From Coleofasciculaceae cyanobacterium (lineage in GTDB: Bacteria > Cyanobacteriota > Vampirovibrionia > Vampirovibrionales > Vampirovibrionaceae): a stretch of DNA of 64,000 nt. The first letter of the stretch is position 1. Each line of letters begins with the position of its first letter. The stretch lies in assembly GCA_036703295.1 (NCBI GenBank), contig DATNPJ010000034.1, positions 262,451 to 326,450 on the forward strand, read 5' to 3'. Below are positions 33,329 through 43,701 of the stretch, one piece after another. The notes below the pieces were generated by a model that did not search any database, was not told where the DNA came from, and saw only the letters and a list, made by a program, of their open reading frames with translations. Position numbers and translations under genes: made by a program.

Positions 33329-34182
33329 GGGCTCTCCTCGCAAAAGGCGCTCATGGGTAACAGGGTGCCGTCCCACTGGATGGACCGCGCATCAAAGACC
33401 GGGCCTTCCACGCAGACCTTGGAAGGCAGGTATTGATCGCTTCTGGAAACGACGCAGCCGGTACAAGCACCGGTGCCGCAGGGCATATGCTCTTCCAGCG
33501 AGACCTGGACCCGAAGTTGTGGATTGATTCGGTACAGCAGGGCGGCGGCGGCTTCCATCATGCGGGTGGGGCCACAAATATAGGCTTCCTGGGCCGCGAG
33601 AATTTTATCCGAATACTGCTCCAGCAGGCCACAAACATTTCCATGAAACCCGTAGGAACCGTCATCGGTGGAAATATGAAGATTCTCTTCGCCGAAGGCA
33701 TCCTTGAGTTCGAATTCCAAGCCGATATCCTCTTGCCCGCGCACCCCATAAAAGCAGTGGCCGGGTGTTTTCACGCAGCGCTGCATTAAATAAAGCGGTG
33801 CAATGCCAATTCCGCCGCCAATGTACAGGGTGGTTTCCGGCTCTTTAGGCTCGTTAAAGCCGATGCCCAGAGGGCCCAGGCACTGGATGTGGTCTCCCTG
33901 CATCAGTTCCTGCATCATGCGGGTGCCTTCGCCCACGATTTTGTAATAAATATCCAGATCGCAACTGTTATAAGTGGCGAGAATGCTGAACGGCCGTCGG
34001 AAACGAAACTCCGAAGCCGGTAAATCCAGCATGACAAACTGTCCCGGCTGGCATTCAAAGGAAGCTGGCGCGCCATTCGTTGCCAGGGGACGCAAGCGCA
34101 TAATTTTCAGCCCATTGCCGCAGTCTCGGTTGTGGACAACCTCGCAAGTCATATCCTGAATTTTGCTTGGAGTGGGCAGCAT
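33316..34182 (-). CDS. pyrK: dihydroorotate dehydrogenase electron-transfer subunit
   Basis: PGQFVM, RRPFS, GPLG.GF, GGGIGIAPL, CGP..MM, 2Fe-2S motif CGTGACTGC..C..GPVF. Confidence 0.92.
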   Translation of the reverse strand: MLPTPSKIQDMTCEVVHNRDCGNGLKIMRLRPLATNGAPASFECQPGQFVMLDLPASEFRFRRPFSILATYNSCDLDIYYKIVGEGTRMMQELMQGDHIQCLGPLGIGFNEPKEPETTLYIGGGIGIAPLYLMQRCVKTPGHCFYGVRGQEDIGLEFELKDAFGEENLHISTDDGSYGFHGNVCGLLEQYSDKILAAQEAYICGPTRMMEAAAALLYRINPQLRVQVSLEEHMPCGTGACTGCVVSRSDQYLPSKVCVEGPVFDARSIQWDGTLLPMSAFCEESPCPL

Positions 34183-34188
34183 TGGAAT

Positions 34189-35169
34189 TTACCGGGGGAT
34201 CGGGACCTTGTGGAGAGTCTGTTGGACGATTTGATCGGGTGTCAGCTCATCGAGTTCGGCTTCGGCGGTGAGAATCAGCCGGTGCCGAATGACGGCGGGG
34301 GCCACCATCTTTACGTTGTCCGGGCTGACGAAGGGCTGCCCGGAGATGGCGGCGTGAGCGCGGCTGGCCGCCAGCAACGATAGCGCGGAGCGCGGACTGC
34401 AACCTAGCTCGACGTTAGGGTTTGTGCGGGTATCCTGAATAATTTGCAGGATGTAGTCCATGACGCTTTCTTCAATGGTAATGTCGCCCAGCATGCGTCG
34501 GCAATGCAGGATCTCTTCCCGGCTGGTGATGGGTGCCAGGTTGCGCTCGTACAAATAGCGGTTTCCGTGCTGGGCAAACTCAGTCAGCATTCGTTTCTCG
34601 GCCTGGGGCTCGGGATAGGTAATGCTGATTTTCATCATGAACCGGTCCAGCTGTGCTTCCGGCAGAGGGAAGGTGCCCTCGAACTCGATGGGGTTCAGGG
34701 TGGCGATGACCGTAAACAACTGCGAAAGCACATGCTTTTCTCCGTCGGCGGTCACCTGGTGCTCTTCCATGGCTTCCAGCAGTGCCGATTGCGTTTTGGG
34801 CGGCGTCCGGTTAATTTCATCCGCCAGCAGCAAATCGGTGAAAATCGGCCCCTTGCGGAAGGAGAAGCTCCGGGTATTGAGATCGTAAATACTGGTGCCG
34901 GTAATCTCGGCGGGCAGCATATCCGGCGTCAGTTGAATCCGGTTGAAATCCATGTGCAGCAGCTGGGCCAGACTTTTGGCCAGCGTGGTTTTGGCGGTGC
35001 CCGGCAGGCCTTCAATCAACACATGCCCTTCGGAAAGCAGGCCGATCAGCAGTAGGTCAATGACCTGCTCTTGCCCGAAAATAACCGATTCCAGTTGCTG
35101 GTGCAGATTGCGGGCAATGGTCCGTATCTGGGAGGCGGCTGCCTCAGCGGCGGGGTGGCCGTGTTCCAT
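34189..35169 (-). CDS. MoxR-family AAA+ ATPase
   Basis: GHVLIEGLPGTAKT, RIQLTPDMLP, DEINRTPPKTQSALLEAMEE, NPIEFEGTFPLPEAQLDRF, SPR, RHRL. Confidence 0.93.
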   Translation of the reverse strand: MEHGHPAAEAAASQIRTIARNLHQQLESVIFGQEQVIDLLLIGLLSEGHVLIEGLPGTAKTTLAKSLAQLLHMDFNRIQLTPDMLPAEITGTSIYDLNTRSFSFRKGPIFTDLLLADEINRTPPKTQSALLEAMEEHQVTADGEKHVLSQLFTVIATLNPIEFEGTFPLPEAQLDRFMMKISITYPEPQAEKRMLTEFAQHGNRYLYERNLAPITSREEILHCRRMLGDITIEESVMDYILQIIQDTRTNPNVELGCSPRSALSLLAASRAHAAISGQPFVSPDNVKMVAPAVIRHRLILTAEAELDELTPDQIVQQTLHKVPIPR

Positions 35170-36427
35170 GTTGATGGGCCTTCCGTTCCAGTCTGTCCTG
35201 GATGATACTGAGCTGCCGGGATAGCTTCAACAGCTCCCGGTGCGGGATGCGTTCCTGCCGGTCAACCGCTCCATGGGCCTTTTGGAGGCTCTCCCAGAGC
35301 ACCGCCGGGGATTCATCCCTACTACTATACCCGCCGGACAGTTCGTCGAGCAAGTGCCGCACACGCGCCTCTTCCTTCATGGTCACCCGGTAACGTTTGC
35401 TTAAAATTGCTTCAATCCGCAGAACCTGCGGTTCCAACGCGGCGCTGGCGGCATGCGTGCGGTGATAAATATTGGCCAGCGAATGGGTATATGCTTCCAT
35501 GCTCCCGGATGGGCTTGGTTCTTGCCCGTTGGGCACCCCGATTAGCCTGGGTGTCCAGCGTACAAAGCTCAGCCACAGGATGACCAGAAAACCGAGCATC
35601 AACTGCATAAAAATCTGTCCGAGCGGGGTTTTTTGTTGTAAGTAAGCGAAAATATCGTTGATTTCCGTGTAGCCATGCACGAATTCGTTCACAAAGATCG
35701 GCTTGCTTTCCACAACCAGTAGGTTGGACAGGAACTGGTAGTTGTCGTTCGCTGGGTCATACAGGTAGGCGTTGCTGCCCAGGTCCAACGGCGTGCCCAT
35801 GATGATAGTTCCGGCTTGATAAGGCACCTGAACCAGCAAGGGGCGGTGGGCTTCATCAGCCAGCAGGACTCTCGCCTGGCTGGAAGCCCTTGTGAACGCC
35901 AATCGGCGTGTATTCGATGTGCGCAGGGAGGCCGCCACATAACTTCGGAGGATAGCCGGTGACTGGCTGAGACCGATAGTTTTGGGCGGGCTTTTGGCCG
36001 CCTGCACTTTTAGGGCGGGCTCCAGTTGATTCAGCAGGTACTCCGAGCCGCGTCGCTGGAAATCATCCAACAGAACCAGGGTATTTCCCCGGCCAACCCA
36101 GGACAGCAGCGCTCTGGTATCCTTTGGGGTGAAAGTGACCGTGTTGCTGGAAACCGTATAGGGTTCCACAATCAGCATGGTGGAGGGGCCGGGCAATTCG
36201 CTGATCTTGCTGAAAGGCTTTTGCCAGATGCGTATTGGTAGGCCTGTTTTGCGGCTGGCCAGGAACCAGGCCCGGTAGCCGGTCACGTCGTTGTTAAAAA
36301 CCGAGCGGTTGGCAAAGGGTTCGGCTTCCATGCCTTTCTGTGAAAGCTGAGTCATCAGGAAGACCAGGATCAGCAAGCCTCCCAGCATCAACGGCAGCCA
36401 TAGGTTCCGGAATCTGTCCTTAGCCAT
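35144..36427 (-). CDS. DUF4350-family membrane-anchored protein (MoxR-cluster partner)
   Basis: N-terminal TM helix; L.WV..GN.LV; G.II....D...N; FV.EF.HGY; C-terminal TM and LA.IY.R. Start overlaps the upstream stop (ATGGCTAA). Confidence 0.65.
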   Translation of the reverse strand: MAKDRFRNLWLPLMLGGLLILVFLMTQLSQKGMEAEPFANRSVFNNDVTGYRAWFLASRKTGLPIRIWQKPFSKISELPGPSTMLIVEPYTVSSNTVTFTPKDTRALLSWVGRGNTLVLLDDFQRRGSEYLLNQLEPALKVQAAKSPPKTIGLSQSPAILRSYVAASLRTSNTRRLAFTRASSQARVLLADEAHRPLLVQVPYQAGTIIMGTPLDLGSNAYLYDPANDNYQFLSNLLVVESKPIFVNEFVHGYTEINDIFAYLQQKTPLGQIFMQLMLGFLVILWLSFVRWTPRLIGVPNGQEPSPSGSMEAYTHSLANIYHRTHAASAALEPQVLRIEAILSKRYRVTMKEEARVRHLLDELSGGYSSRDESPAVLWESLQKAHGAVDRQERIPHRELLKLSRQLSIIQDRLERKAHQHGTRPPRR

Positions 36428-37196
36428 GATGGGCTGCCAATGCCTCCAGATGATGGTAGACCTGATCGCATTCGGAAAACTGGGTTTCTGTGACTGGTTG
36501 TTGGCCGTAGTGTGTGGCTTCAAACCGTTGGGAAATCTGTGCAAATCCTGTCCCAATTTCAGTCTGTCCCTGTCGGGAAAGGATTTCTGTATATTCGCGG
36601 TTGGAGCGGGTCGCTTCAAAGCGCACCAGTGCCCGTTCATCCAGCACGCAGAGCTGGGCGAGGTAAAGCTGCCGGATGGCCGTGTCATATTGCCCGAGTT
36701 CGGCCATCTCCCGAGCTTTTTGGGCGTGATGCGTCGAGTTGATCAGGCAGATTTGCGTCAGAAATCGGGGTTCCGGCAAGCCGCTTCGTTTTTGTTGCCG
36801 CTGTTGCAGGCGGAGCAGCCATCCCAGCATGATATAAAATGCATACAGGCCCAGCAAAATCAGGATAAACCCCACCAGGCCGCTGAAAATATCCTGGATG
36901 CTTTCCGGCATGGCGGCCAGGCCCGGTGGCCGGATCTGGGAGAGCAGATGGTGGATGGCATTGACCAGGCGAGACATGAATTGGTTTAAGGCATCGCCGA
37001 ATTGTCGCACCAGAGGAAATTTGAGAAACTCATCCATGAAGTCGGGCTGAGGAGGTCTGAATTCCGGCATCCGGCGAACACTTTCAATGGCAGGATGCAA
37101 ATCCACCGGGGATTGCGGCGAAGTCCCGTTGCCCAACTGCGTGAGTAGCGCAGAGGGGTCTGTTGAATGCGTGCTGGAGGGGCTGCCGATGGTCAT
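36420..37196 (-). CDS. DUF4129-family protein (MoxR-cluster partner)
   Basis: TM helix, then A..G.Y..AIR.LYLA.L..LDE..L.....RSNREY...L and FE...YG. Confidence 0.72.
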   Translation of the reverse strand: MTIGSPSSTHSTDPSALLTQLGNGTSPQSPVDLHPAIESVRRMPEFRPPQPDFMDEFLKFPLVRQFGDALNQFMSRLVNAIHHLLSQIRPPGLAAMPESIQDIFSGLVGFILILLGLYAFYIMLGWLLRLQQRQQKRSGLPEPRFLTQICLINSTHHAQKAREMAELGQYDTAIRQLYLAQLCVLDERALVRFEATRSNREYTEILSRQGQTEIGTGFAQISQRFEATHYGQQPVTETQFSECDQVYHHLEALAAHHG

Positions 37197-37363
37197 GGGG
37201 ACTGTAAATTTTCCCAAATTGCTCTATAATTCATAGGAAGAAGGATTCTCTGATTTTACAATCAGACAGGACGTTATAGCCAGTAGTCCACATGGTCGCG
37301 TAGGCATCCTTGCAGTGAACGCAGTGTATACGGAGTCGTATGAGATAGGAGCAACCCCATCCG

Positions 37364-37933
37364 ATGGCCATTCTGAAAGTTGTTAATTACGGTGATCCGG
37401 TCTTGCGCCAGGATGCGGAAAAGGTCGTGAAGGTCTCCGCCAAGATCCAGAAGCTGGTGGCGGATATGTTCGACACCATGTATGCCTATAATGGTGTTGG
37501 GCTGGCCGCTCCGCAGGTGGGCGAACTGAAACGTATCTTTGTGCTGGATTGTTCCACCGATGACGAGCCTATGGCACAGATGACTTTTATCAATCCGGTC
37601 ATCGTCAAGAAGGAAGGCGCCATCATCAGCCGCGAGGGCTGCCTGAGCTTTCCAGGTGTGTATACGGACGTGAAGCGCTACGAGGGTGTCACGGTCCGCT
37701 ATATGGACTTGAAAGGCAAAACCCAGACTATGACTGCCCCGACCGGGACACTCCTGTGCCGGGCCATTCAGCATGAGCTGGACCACCTGAACGGTGTATT
37801 GTTCGTGGACCACGTTATTGACCGCTTCAGCACCGAACAACTACTGGTTGAGCATAACCTGCCGCCCATCGAGCCCGAAAAAATCCTCGTCGAGCCTGAA
37901 CTCGATGAGGCTCTCGCGGGCGTGCGGATGTAG
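37364..37933 (+). CDS. def: peptide deformylase
   Basis: GVGLAAPQVG, EGCLS, QHELDHLNG. Confidence 0.96.
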   Translation: MAILKVVNYGDPVLRQDAEKVVKVSAKIQKLVADMFDTMYAYNGVGLAAPQVGELKRIFVLDCSTDDEPMAQMTFINPVIVKKEGAIISREGCLSFPGVYTDVKRYEGVTVRYMDLKGKTQTMTAPTGTLLCRAIQHELDHLNGVLFVDHVIDRFSTEQLLVEHNLPPIEPEKILVEPELDEALAGVRM

Positions 37934-38066
37934 CGGGGATTCGAATTTTGCCAGGGCCATACGAACTTTAAGGGAATTACGGGACGAGGTCTTGCCGTGT
38001 GAATGTGGCGGCATGGATGCCCTTACGGTATGATGAGGCCATGTGTTTGGCTTCGAGATCAAGGAT

Positions 38067-39095
38067 ATGACAACCCATTCGGGCAAAATCACGATTGTAT
38101 TCATGGGCACCCCGGCGTTCTCGCTGCCCGCATTGAAAGCGCTGGCTGCCGATAGCCGCATTGAAATCCTCGCGGTGGTGACCCAGCCCGATCGTCCGGC
38201 GGGCCGAGGGCAGAAGCTGACCCCGCCACCCATCAAAACACTGGCCGATGAACTGGGCTTGCCGGTCTTTCAGACCCAATCTATCCGCAAGGATGAGGCG
38301 TTGAAGGATCACTTGCGCACGCTGTCGGCGGATTTCCATGTGACCGTGGCTTTTGGGCAAATTCTAACCCAGGAAGTCCTGGAGATGCCAAAAATCGGGA
38401 CCGTAAACGCTCATGCCTCCCTGTTACCCGAGTTTCGTGGGCCAAATCCCATTCAGCAGGCCATTCTGCAAGGGAAAGCCCAAACCGGCATAACCACCAT
38501 GCTCACCGAGCTGGGCGTGGATACCGGCCCGATGTTGCTCAAGCACACTGTGGATATTGCTCTACAGGAAACCATGGGCGAGCTGACCGAGCGCCTGTCG
38601 CTGGCGGCGGGGCCCTTGCTGGTGGATACCCTGCTGGGAATGCAATCAGGGCAGGTGAAGGCGGAAGCACAACCGCATGAGCTGGCAACGCATGCGCCAA
38701 AATGCGAAAAAGAGGACGCCCTCCTGGATTGGAGCGAGCCTGCGGAAGTCCTGCATCGTAAAATTCGGGGCTTCAATCCGGCGCCCGGCGCTGCCACCTT
38801 TTTGAACGGGGATCGGGTCAAAATCCTGCGAGCCCGGCTGGCGGGGAATTCCGAAAATTTCCTTAACAACGGCGCGCCCGGCGAAATCCTGGGTATGATG
38901 GAAGCAGGATTAGCGGTCCGGACCGGTAGCGGTGTGCTGGAAATCCAGAGCCTGCAACCGGCTGGAAAGCGGGAAATGCCCGCTCGTGATTGGGCCATCG
39001 GGCATTTCAAGGATGCGGTCAACGGCAAGCAATCCTTGGGCCGGTTTACCCGCGAGCCTGCCCCTGCGGAACATTTGCAAAACTCCGGCATCTGA
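38067..39095 (+). CDS. fmt: methionyl-tRNA formyltransferase
   Basis: FMGTP.F, VVTQPDRPAGRG, N.HASLLP..RG..PI, GIT.M....G.DTG.ML. Confidence 0.95.
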   Translation: MTTHSGKITIVFMGTPAFSLPALKALAADSRIEILAVVTQPDRPAGRGQKLTPPPIKTLADELGLPVFQTQSIRKDEALKDHLRTLSADFHVTVAFGQILTQEVLEMPKIGTVNAHASLLPEFRGPNPIQQAILQGKAQTGITTMLTELGVDTGPMLLKHTVDIALQETMGELTERLSLAAGPLLVDTLLGMQSGQVKAEAQPHELATHAPKCEKEDALLDWSEPAEVLHRKIRGFNPAPGAATFLNGDRVKILRARLAGNSENFLNNGAPGEILGMMEAGLAVRTGSGVLEIQSLQPAGKREMPARDWAIGHFKDAVNGKQSLGRFTREPAPAEHLQNSGI

Positions 39096-39116
39096 GCGTT
39101 TCAGGAGGTTCAATCC

Positions 39117-39848
39117 ATGTTTTTACCTTTCGGTTTTAATGATCCCCTTTATATGATGGTCATGCTGGTGGGCCTGGTGCTGGTCTTTGTGCCCCAGATG
39201 TGGGTGAAAAGCACCATCGGTAAGTTCAGCGAGATCCGGACTTCTCGCGGCGTCGCCGGTCGGGATGTTGCCCGCGCCATTCTCAGTGAGCATGGGCTGA
39301 GCAACGTGAGTGTGGAGATGGTGGACGGCTTTCTTAGCGACCACTACGATCCGCTATCCAAGACGGTGCGCTTGTCTCCGGATATTTATCAGGGAAATTC
39401 CATTGCCAGTGTGGCGGTGGCGGCCCATGAGTGCGGCCATGCCATCCAGCATGCCAAAGGCTATTTCCCGGTGGTGATTCGCTCCGCGATGGTGCCGGCG
39501 GTCAATTTCGGCAGCAGCCTGGGGCCGCTGCTGCTGATGCTCTCTCTGGGGCTGGGTTTTACCAGTCACGTGATGCCTGCCTGGGCCTGGTACACGGCCT
39601 GGATTGGCGTGGCGCTCTATGGTGCGGCGGTGGCCTTTCATTTTGTCACCCTGCCGGTGGAGCTGGATGCCAGCGGACGGGCGCTGAAGGTGCTGGAAAG
39701 CCGCTATTTCTTGAATGCCGATGAGATGTCCGGGGCAAAAAAAGTGCTGACTGCGGCGGCCTTCACCTATATTGCCACCGCCATGTACGCTCTGATCCAG
39801 CTTTTGTATTATGTCTTCCGCCTGATGGCCTCGCGGCGGGAGGACTAG
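39117..39848 (+). CDS. putative neutral zinc metallopeptidase (YugP-like)
   Basis: LSDHYDP, VAAHECGHAIQH (HExxH), TLPVE.DAS.RAL, L.AAA.TY. Confidence 0.88.
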   Translation: MFLPFGFNDPLYMMVMLVGLVLVFVPQMWVKSTIGKFSEIRTSRGVAGRDVARAILSEHGLSNVSVEMVDGFLSDHYDPLSKTVRLSPDIYQGNSIASVAVAAHECGHAIQHAKGYFPVVIRSAMVPAVNFGSSLGPLLLMLSLGLGFTSHVMPAWAWYTAWIGVALYGAAVAFHFVTLPVELDASGRALKVLESRYFLNADEMSGAKKVLTAAAFTYIATAMYALIQLLYYVFRLMASRRED

Positions 39849-39857
39849 CGTAAATAC

Positions 39858-41177
39858 GTGGCTGATCTATCCAGAAAGAGTGCCTTCGAGATTTTACTTC
39901 GCTTTGAACGGGGCGGGGCAACACGCTTAAAGGCGGATAGTCTGATTCAGGATACCCTGGCGACCGCTTCCAAAATCTTGAGTGAGACGGATCGGGGTTT
40001 TACGCGTGCCCTGGTGATGGGCACCCTCCGGCATTGGCTGCGCCTGGACGAATGGATTAAACTCCTCACCGGCCGCCCGTTGAAAAATATGACGCCGCCG
40101 GTTCGGACGCTGTTGCGGGTAGGCTTGTTCCAGCTCTATGGCATGGCGCATGTGCCGGCTTACGCCGCAATTGATACCACCGTGGAGCTGGCTAAAGCTC
40201 TCAAAGTCTCTCCCAAAACCGTGAAATTCATCAACGCCGTGTTGCGGGAAGGGCAGCGAGCCCTGGAGAGCAATCGCTTCGATCCGCCCCCGGCGTCAGA
40301 GAGTCTCAGTCGCCATTTGCTGATGGCCTATGGTTGGCCGGAAGCCTGGGTAGTGCTTTTGCAACAGCAGTATGACGATGAGTCTATCCTGCAAATGGCG
40401 CGGGTGTCGCAAAGCCCGGCCCCGTTATCCGTGCGGGTGAACACCCTGAAGATATCACCGGCAGCCTACCAGGAGCAACTGGCGCAGGCGAATGTGACTT
40501 GCTCGGTGCCGGATTCTGCGCTGCCTGAGAGTTTGCGGATTGATGGCTGGTCCGGTTCCCCACGGGCGCTGCCCGGCTACGAGGAAGGCTGGTTCTATGT
40601 GCAGGATCCTTCCTCGGTGTGGGTGTCCCGATTTTTGAACCCGGAGCCCGGTGAACAAGTGCTGGATCTCTGTGCCGCACCCGGCTCTAAAACCACGCAT
40701 ATGTCGGCTTTGATGGAGAATCAAGGCAAAATCCTGGCGATTGAGCCCAAGAAGGACCGCTTGCTGCTGCTGAAAGAAAACATGGCGCGTCTTGGCGTGG
40801 AGAATACGGAGACGGTTCAGGCGGATGGCCTGGCGTTTGAGCCGGAGGCGGGGCTTTATGACCGGGTGCTGGTGGATGCGCCTTGTTCCGGCACGGGCAC
40901 CCTGCGGCGTCACCCTGAAATCCTGTTGCAACTGAAAAAGCCGGATTTTTCCACCTATACCGCCCAGCAATCCGCCCTGCTGACCCAGGGTTTTTCCTGC
41001 CTGAAACCGGGGGGTGTCCTGGTCTACAGTACGTGCAGCCTGATGCGTGCAGAAAACCATAGTGTGGTGGCTGCCTTCCTGAAAAAAAATCCGGAAGCGA
41101 CGCTTGATGCCGAAGAACAGCGGTTGATTACGGAAAGCTGCGATGGTTTCTATGCGGCCCGTCTCCGTAAAAAGTAA
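39858..41177 (+). CDS. rsmB: 16S rRNA m5C967 methyltransferase RsmB/Sun
   Basis: NusB-like N-terminus, VQD.SS, DLCAAPGSKT, DAPCSGTG, YSTCS; follows def-fmt. Confidence 0.92.
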   Translation: MADLSRKSAFEILLRFERGGATRLKADSLIQDTLATASKILSETDRGFTRALVMGTLRHWLRLDEWIKLLTGRPLKNMTPPVRTLLRVGLFQLYGMAHVPAYAAIDTTVELAKALKVSPKTVKFINAVLREGQRALESNRFDPPPASESLSRHLLMAYGWPEAWVVLLQQQYDDESILQMARVSQSPAPLSVRVNTLKISPAAYQEQLAQANVTCSVPDSALPESLRIDGWSGSPRALPGYEEGWFYVQDPSSVWVSRFLNPEPGEQVLDLCAAPGSKTTHMSALMENQGKILAIEPKKDRLLLLKENMARLGVENTETVQADGLAFEPEAGLYDRVLVDAPCSGTGTLRRHPEILLQLKKPDFSTYTAQQSALLTQGFSCLKPGGVLVYSTCSLMRAENHSVVAAFLKKNPEATLDAEEQRLITESCDGFYAARLRKK

Positions 41178-41221
41178 GATTAAAGATCTTTACAATTTGG
41201 ACTATTTTCAGTGGACAGGCC

Positions 41222-41248
41222 TCTAGTTTTTGGCTGCCCTGCCGATTC
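41222..41248 (+). promoter_or_regulatory. sigma-28-type promoter
   Basis: TCTAGTTT-N11-GCCGATTC, 40 nt upstream of the giant Flp-like gene. Confidence 0.62.
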
Positions 41249-41287
41249 TTTTTTGTAGCGACTGATGAAGGATATTAAGGTGAGTCA

Positions 41288-42190
41288 ATGACCAATCGCC
41301 TTTCTGGAAATGTTCTGACAGAGTACGGAATTATCATTGCTCTTGTTGTGATTCTAGCCATTGGGGCAGTGACTCTGTTGGGAAGAACCACGTCTGACCT
41401 GTTTCAGAATACCGAGGACCAGCTTGCCAACCCAGCCGTAAAGGATTATATGAGCCTTCAATTCGGTTCGGCTTCCGGCAATGTTTATGATGCTTCCATG
41501 GGTAGTCGGGTGATGAGCCTCAACGCTCAGACGGGCATGCCATCGATTGGCATTGCTACCAGCAGCAGTGCTCCAGTGAATGCCACCAGTATAGATGGTA
41601 TGGTGACTAGCTCGCAGCAAACCTTGACGCTTGCCACGCAAATGGACCAACTCGCCCTGACCATTACAGACCCAAAAACAGTGCAATGGTTGGAAAAGAT
41701 TACTCAATACACGCATTATATGGCGGGTGCCGAGGGAGATTACAGTGGCGTACAGGCGCTCACTGTCAGTACCCCGGATTCCTCGACCTATACATCAGCC
41801 AATTCCCTCATGGATATCTATCGTTATCAGCAGGCGTTGGAAAAGCTTATCAATAGCCCGCCCAAAGATGCCAGCCCACAGGATATCCAGCAAATTACCA
41901 CCCTGGCGATGGATGCGTGGAATAATGCCGAGACCTTTAATGCGCAGCTTCAGCCCTATCTGAAAAATAATGGGGATATTGACAATGGGGCATTGGCAAA
42001 AAGCAACTTGGCCAACTCCAACAACGGCAAGATGACCGCCAAGAAATACGATCAACTGGTCAAATATGATACCTTGCAACAGAACGTCGTCACTGCCAGC
42101 AGTGATGGGAGCGCCACCAATACACCTGCCTTGCAATCCACTCTTCAGGATGCTGTCACGCTGAACAATACGACTCAATCGACGCCCTAA
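41288..42190 (+). CDS. giant Flp/type IVb-like prepilin (300 aa), paralog 1
   Basis: MTNRLSG|NVLTEYGIIIALVVILAIGAV has Gly-1, Glu+5, Tyr+6 and a hydrophobic helix. The body shares TGMPS, NATSIDG, YMAGAEG and PP motifs with the genes at 61535 and 62733. Confidence 0.8.
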   Translation: MTNRLSGNVLTEYGIIIALVVILAIGAVTLLGRTTSDLFQNTEDQLANPAVKDYMSLQFGSASGNVYDASMGSRVMSLNAQTGMPSIGIATSSSAPVNATSIDGMVTSSQQTLTLATQMDQLALTITDPKTVQWLEKITQYTHYMAGAEGDYSGVQALTVSTPDSSTYTSANSLMDIYRYQQALEKLINSPPKDASPQDIQQITTLAMDAWNNAETFNAQLQPYLKNNGDIDNGALAKSNLANSNNGKMTAKKYDQLVKYDTLQQNVVTASSDGSATNTPALQSTLQDAVTLNNTTQSTP

Positions 42191-42256
42191 TTCCCGGTTT
42201 TGTTTTTTGATGTAAAAAAAGAGACTGAGAGAGGGATTAGCTTCAGAAGAATCGAC

Positions 42257-42295
42257 TCAAATGGCCCATCACCGAATAAGCAATGGGCCATTTGA
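42257..42295. terminator. perfect 13-bp inverted repeat between convergent genes (probable terminator)
   Basis: TCAAATGGCCCAT-N13-ATGGGCCATTTGA. Confidence 0.65.
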
Positions 42296-42317
42296 AAGAT
42301 GGGTTTGGAGATTGGCG

Positions 42318-43409
42318 CTAGGCGCGGTCGGCTTTGACGTCCACCACCTGCTCGGAAGGCTTGTCGGCTTTGCCTGCCTTCTTGCGGTCTTCGCTGAAGT
42401 TGACCCACAGGGTCTGAATCAGCATCAGCGCGGTGGTGACCACCAGGTAAATCATAACCCCGGCAGGAATGGGGATGAAGAACAGCATCACCACGAAAAC
42501 CATGGGCATCATCTTCATCATGGGGTTGTTCATCGCGGCGGCGGCCGGATCATCCTTGGCGGCGGGCGCTGCCGGCTTCTGGCCAGCCGTCATCACCTTC
42601 TGGTAGCCCAGCGTCAGCGCGCCATAAATCAGAATCAGGACCAGGACATCGATGTTCAACTGGTTGGTGCCTTTGGCCGTGGGGACTGTTTGGATTAACA
42701 CGCCGTTCTGGTTGGTGAAGTCCACCTTCTCCAGCTCCCGGCTCTTCTCATCGACGACCAGAACCTGGGCGGATTGAATCAGGCTTCGGTAATCGTCGCT
42801 CAGACCCAGGGCGGACAGGTTCAGGGTCATCGTCACCGGGCTGCCGGGCAGAATCGGGTGAGGTTTGTAGGTGATGGCCTCGGCTTGGTTTTTTACTTCC
42901 TGTTCCTGCGTTTTGCCGTCATTCAGGACCAGGGTGACGGTTTTGTCCGCGCTGAACTTGTCATCGGACATCACGTGGAAGGTGCCGTCCAGCGGCTTGC
43001 CCGCGTGGCTTTGCAGGGTGTGCGACAGGTTGTCGATAAACATGAAATTCTCGTTGACGGTTTCCGCCAGGAAGTGCGGGCTGCTGAGCGCTCCGTACAG
43101 CCCGATAAAGATGGGCAACTGCACCAACATCGGCAGGCAGCCGGCCATCGGGTTGAAGGAGTTCTCACTATAGAACTTCATCATGACTTCCTGCATCTTT
43201 TGCGGATTGTCCTTGTGTTTCTCTTGCAGGGCTTTCAGCTTGGGTTGCAGCTCCTGCATTTTTTTCATGGAACGGGCCTGTGAAGAGTTCAAAGGCCACA
43301 AGGCGGCCCGAATGAGGACCGTCAACAGGATAATGGCCAAACCGTAGTTGCCAACCAGCTCATGGAGCAGGTTCAAGAGGTAAAACATGGCCTGGTAAAT
43401 AAAGTTCAC
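42318..43409 (-). CDS. yidC: membrane protein insertase YidC (short-N-terminus type with an internal soluble insert)
   Basis: GNYGLAII.LT.LIR.AL.PL, M..LQPKL..LQE, NPMAGCLP.L.Q.PIF..LY, P.G..IY; located in the rpmH-rnpA-yidD cluster. Confidence 0.93.
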   Translation of the reverse strand: MNFIYQAMFYLLNLLHELVGNYGLAIILLTVLIRAALWPLNSSQARSMKKMQELQPKLKALQEKHKDNPQKMQEVMMKFYSENSFNPMAGCLPMLVQLPIFIGLYGALSSPHFLAETVNENFMFIDNLSHTLQSHAGKPLDGTFHVMSDDKFSADKTVTLVLNDGKTQEQEVKNQAEAITYKPHPILPGSPVTMTLNLSALGLSDDYRSLIQSAQVLVVDEKSRELEKVDFTNQNGVLIQTVPTAKGTNQLNIDVLVLILIYGALTLGYQKVMTAGQKPAAPAAKDDPAAAAMNNPMMKMMPMVFVVMLFFIPIPAGVMIYLVVTTALMLIQTLWVNFSEDRKKAGKADKPSEQVVDVKADRA

Positions 43410-43430
43410 AGGGAAGTCTCCTGATTGGTT

Positions 43431-43679
43431 CTAAGACTGATGGACGGGAGAGGGGTGATCCGGTACGGGATCGAGCCCGCCGGGATTCAAGGGATGGCAT
43501 CGTAACAGGCGTTTGAATCCCAGCCAGGTTCCGGCCGCCACACCGTGGCGTTCGACTGCCTCATACATGTAGCTTGAACAGGTGGGGTGGAACCGGCATA
43601 GCGGGGGGAAAATCCATCGCCGCCACCCGGCACTCATCCGATAAGCCTTTATTAAAGCAAGAACAAGGGATTTCAGCAC
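43431..43679 (-). CDS. yidD: membrane protein insertion efficiency factor YidD
   Basis: CRF.PTCS.Y..EAV..HG...G.WL...RLLRCHP...GG.DPVP. Confidence 0.93.
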   Translation of the reverse strand: MLKSLVLALIKAYRMSAGWRRWIFPPLCRFHPTCSSYMYEAVERHGVAAGTWLGFKRLLRCHPLNPGGLDPVPDHPSPVHQS

Positions 43680-43701
43680 GTATTTAATGCTTTCTTAAGG
43701 A

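Noticed and set aside
37934-38040. tRNA T-arm-like TTCGAATCCCC on the minus strand between def and fmt
   Set aside because: No cloverleaf, D-arm or acceptor stem can be built.
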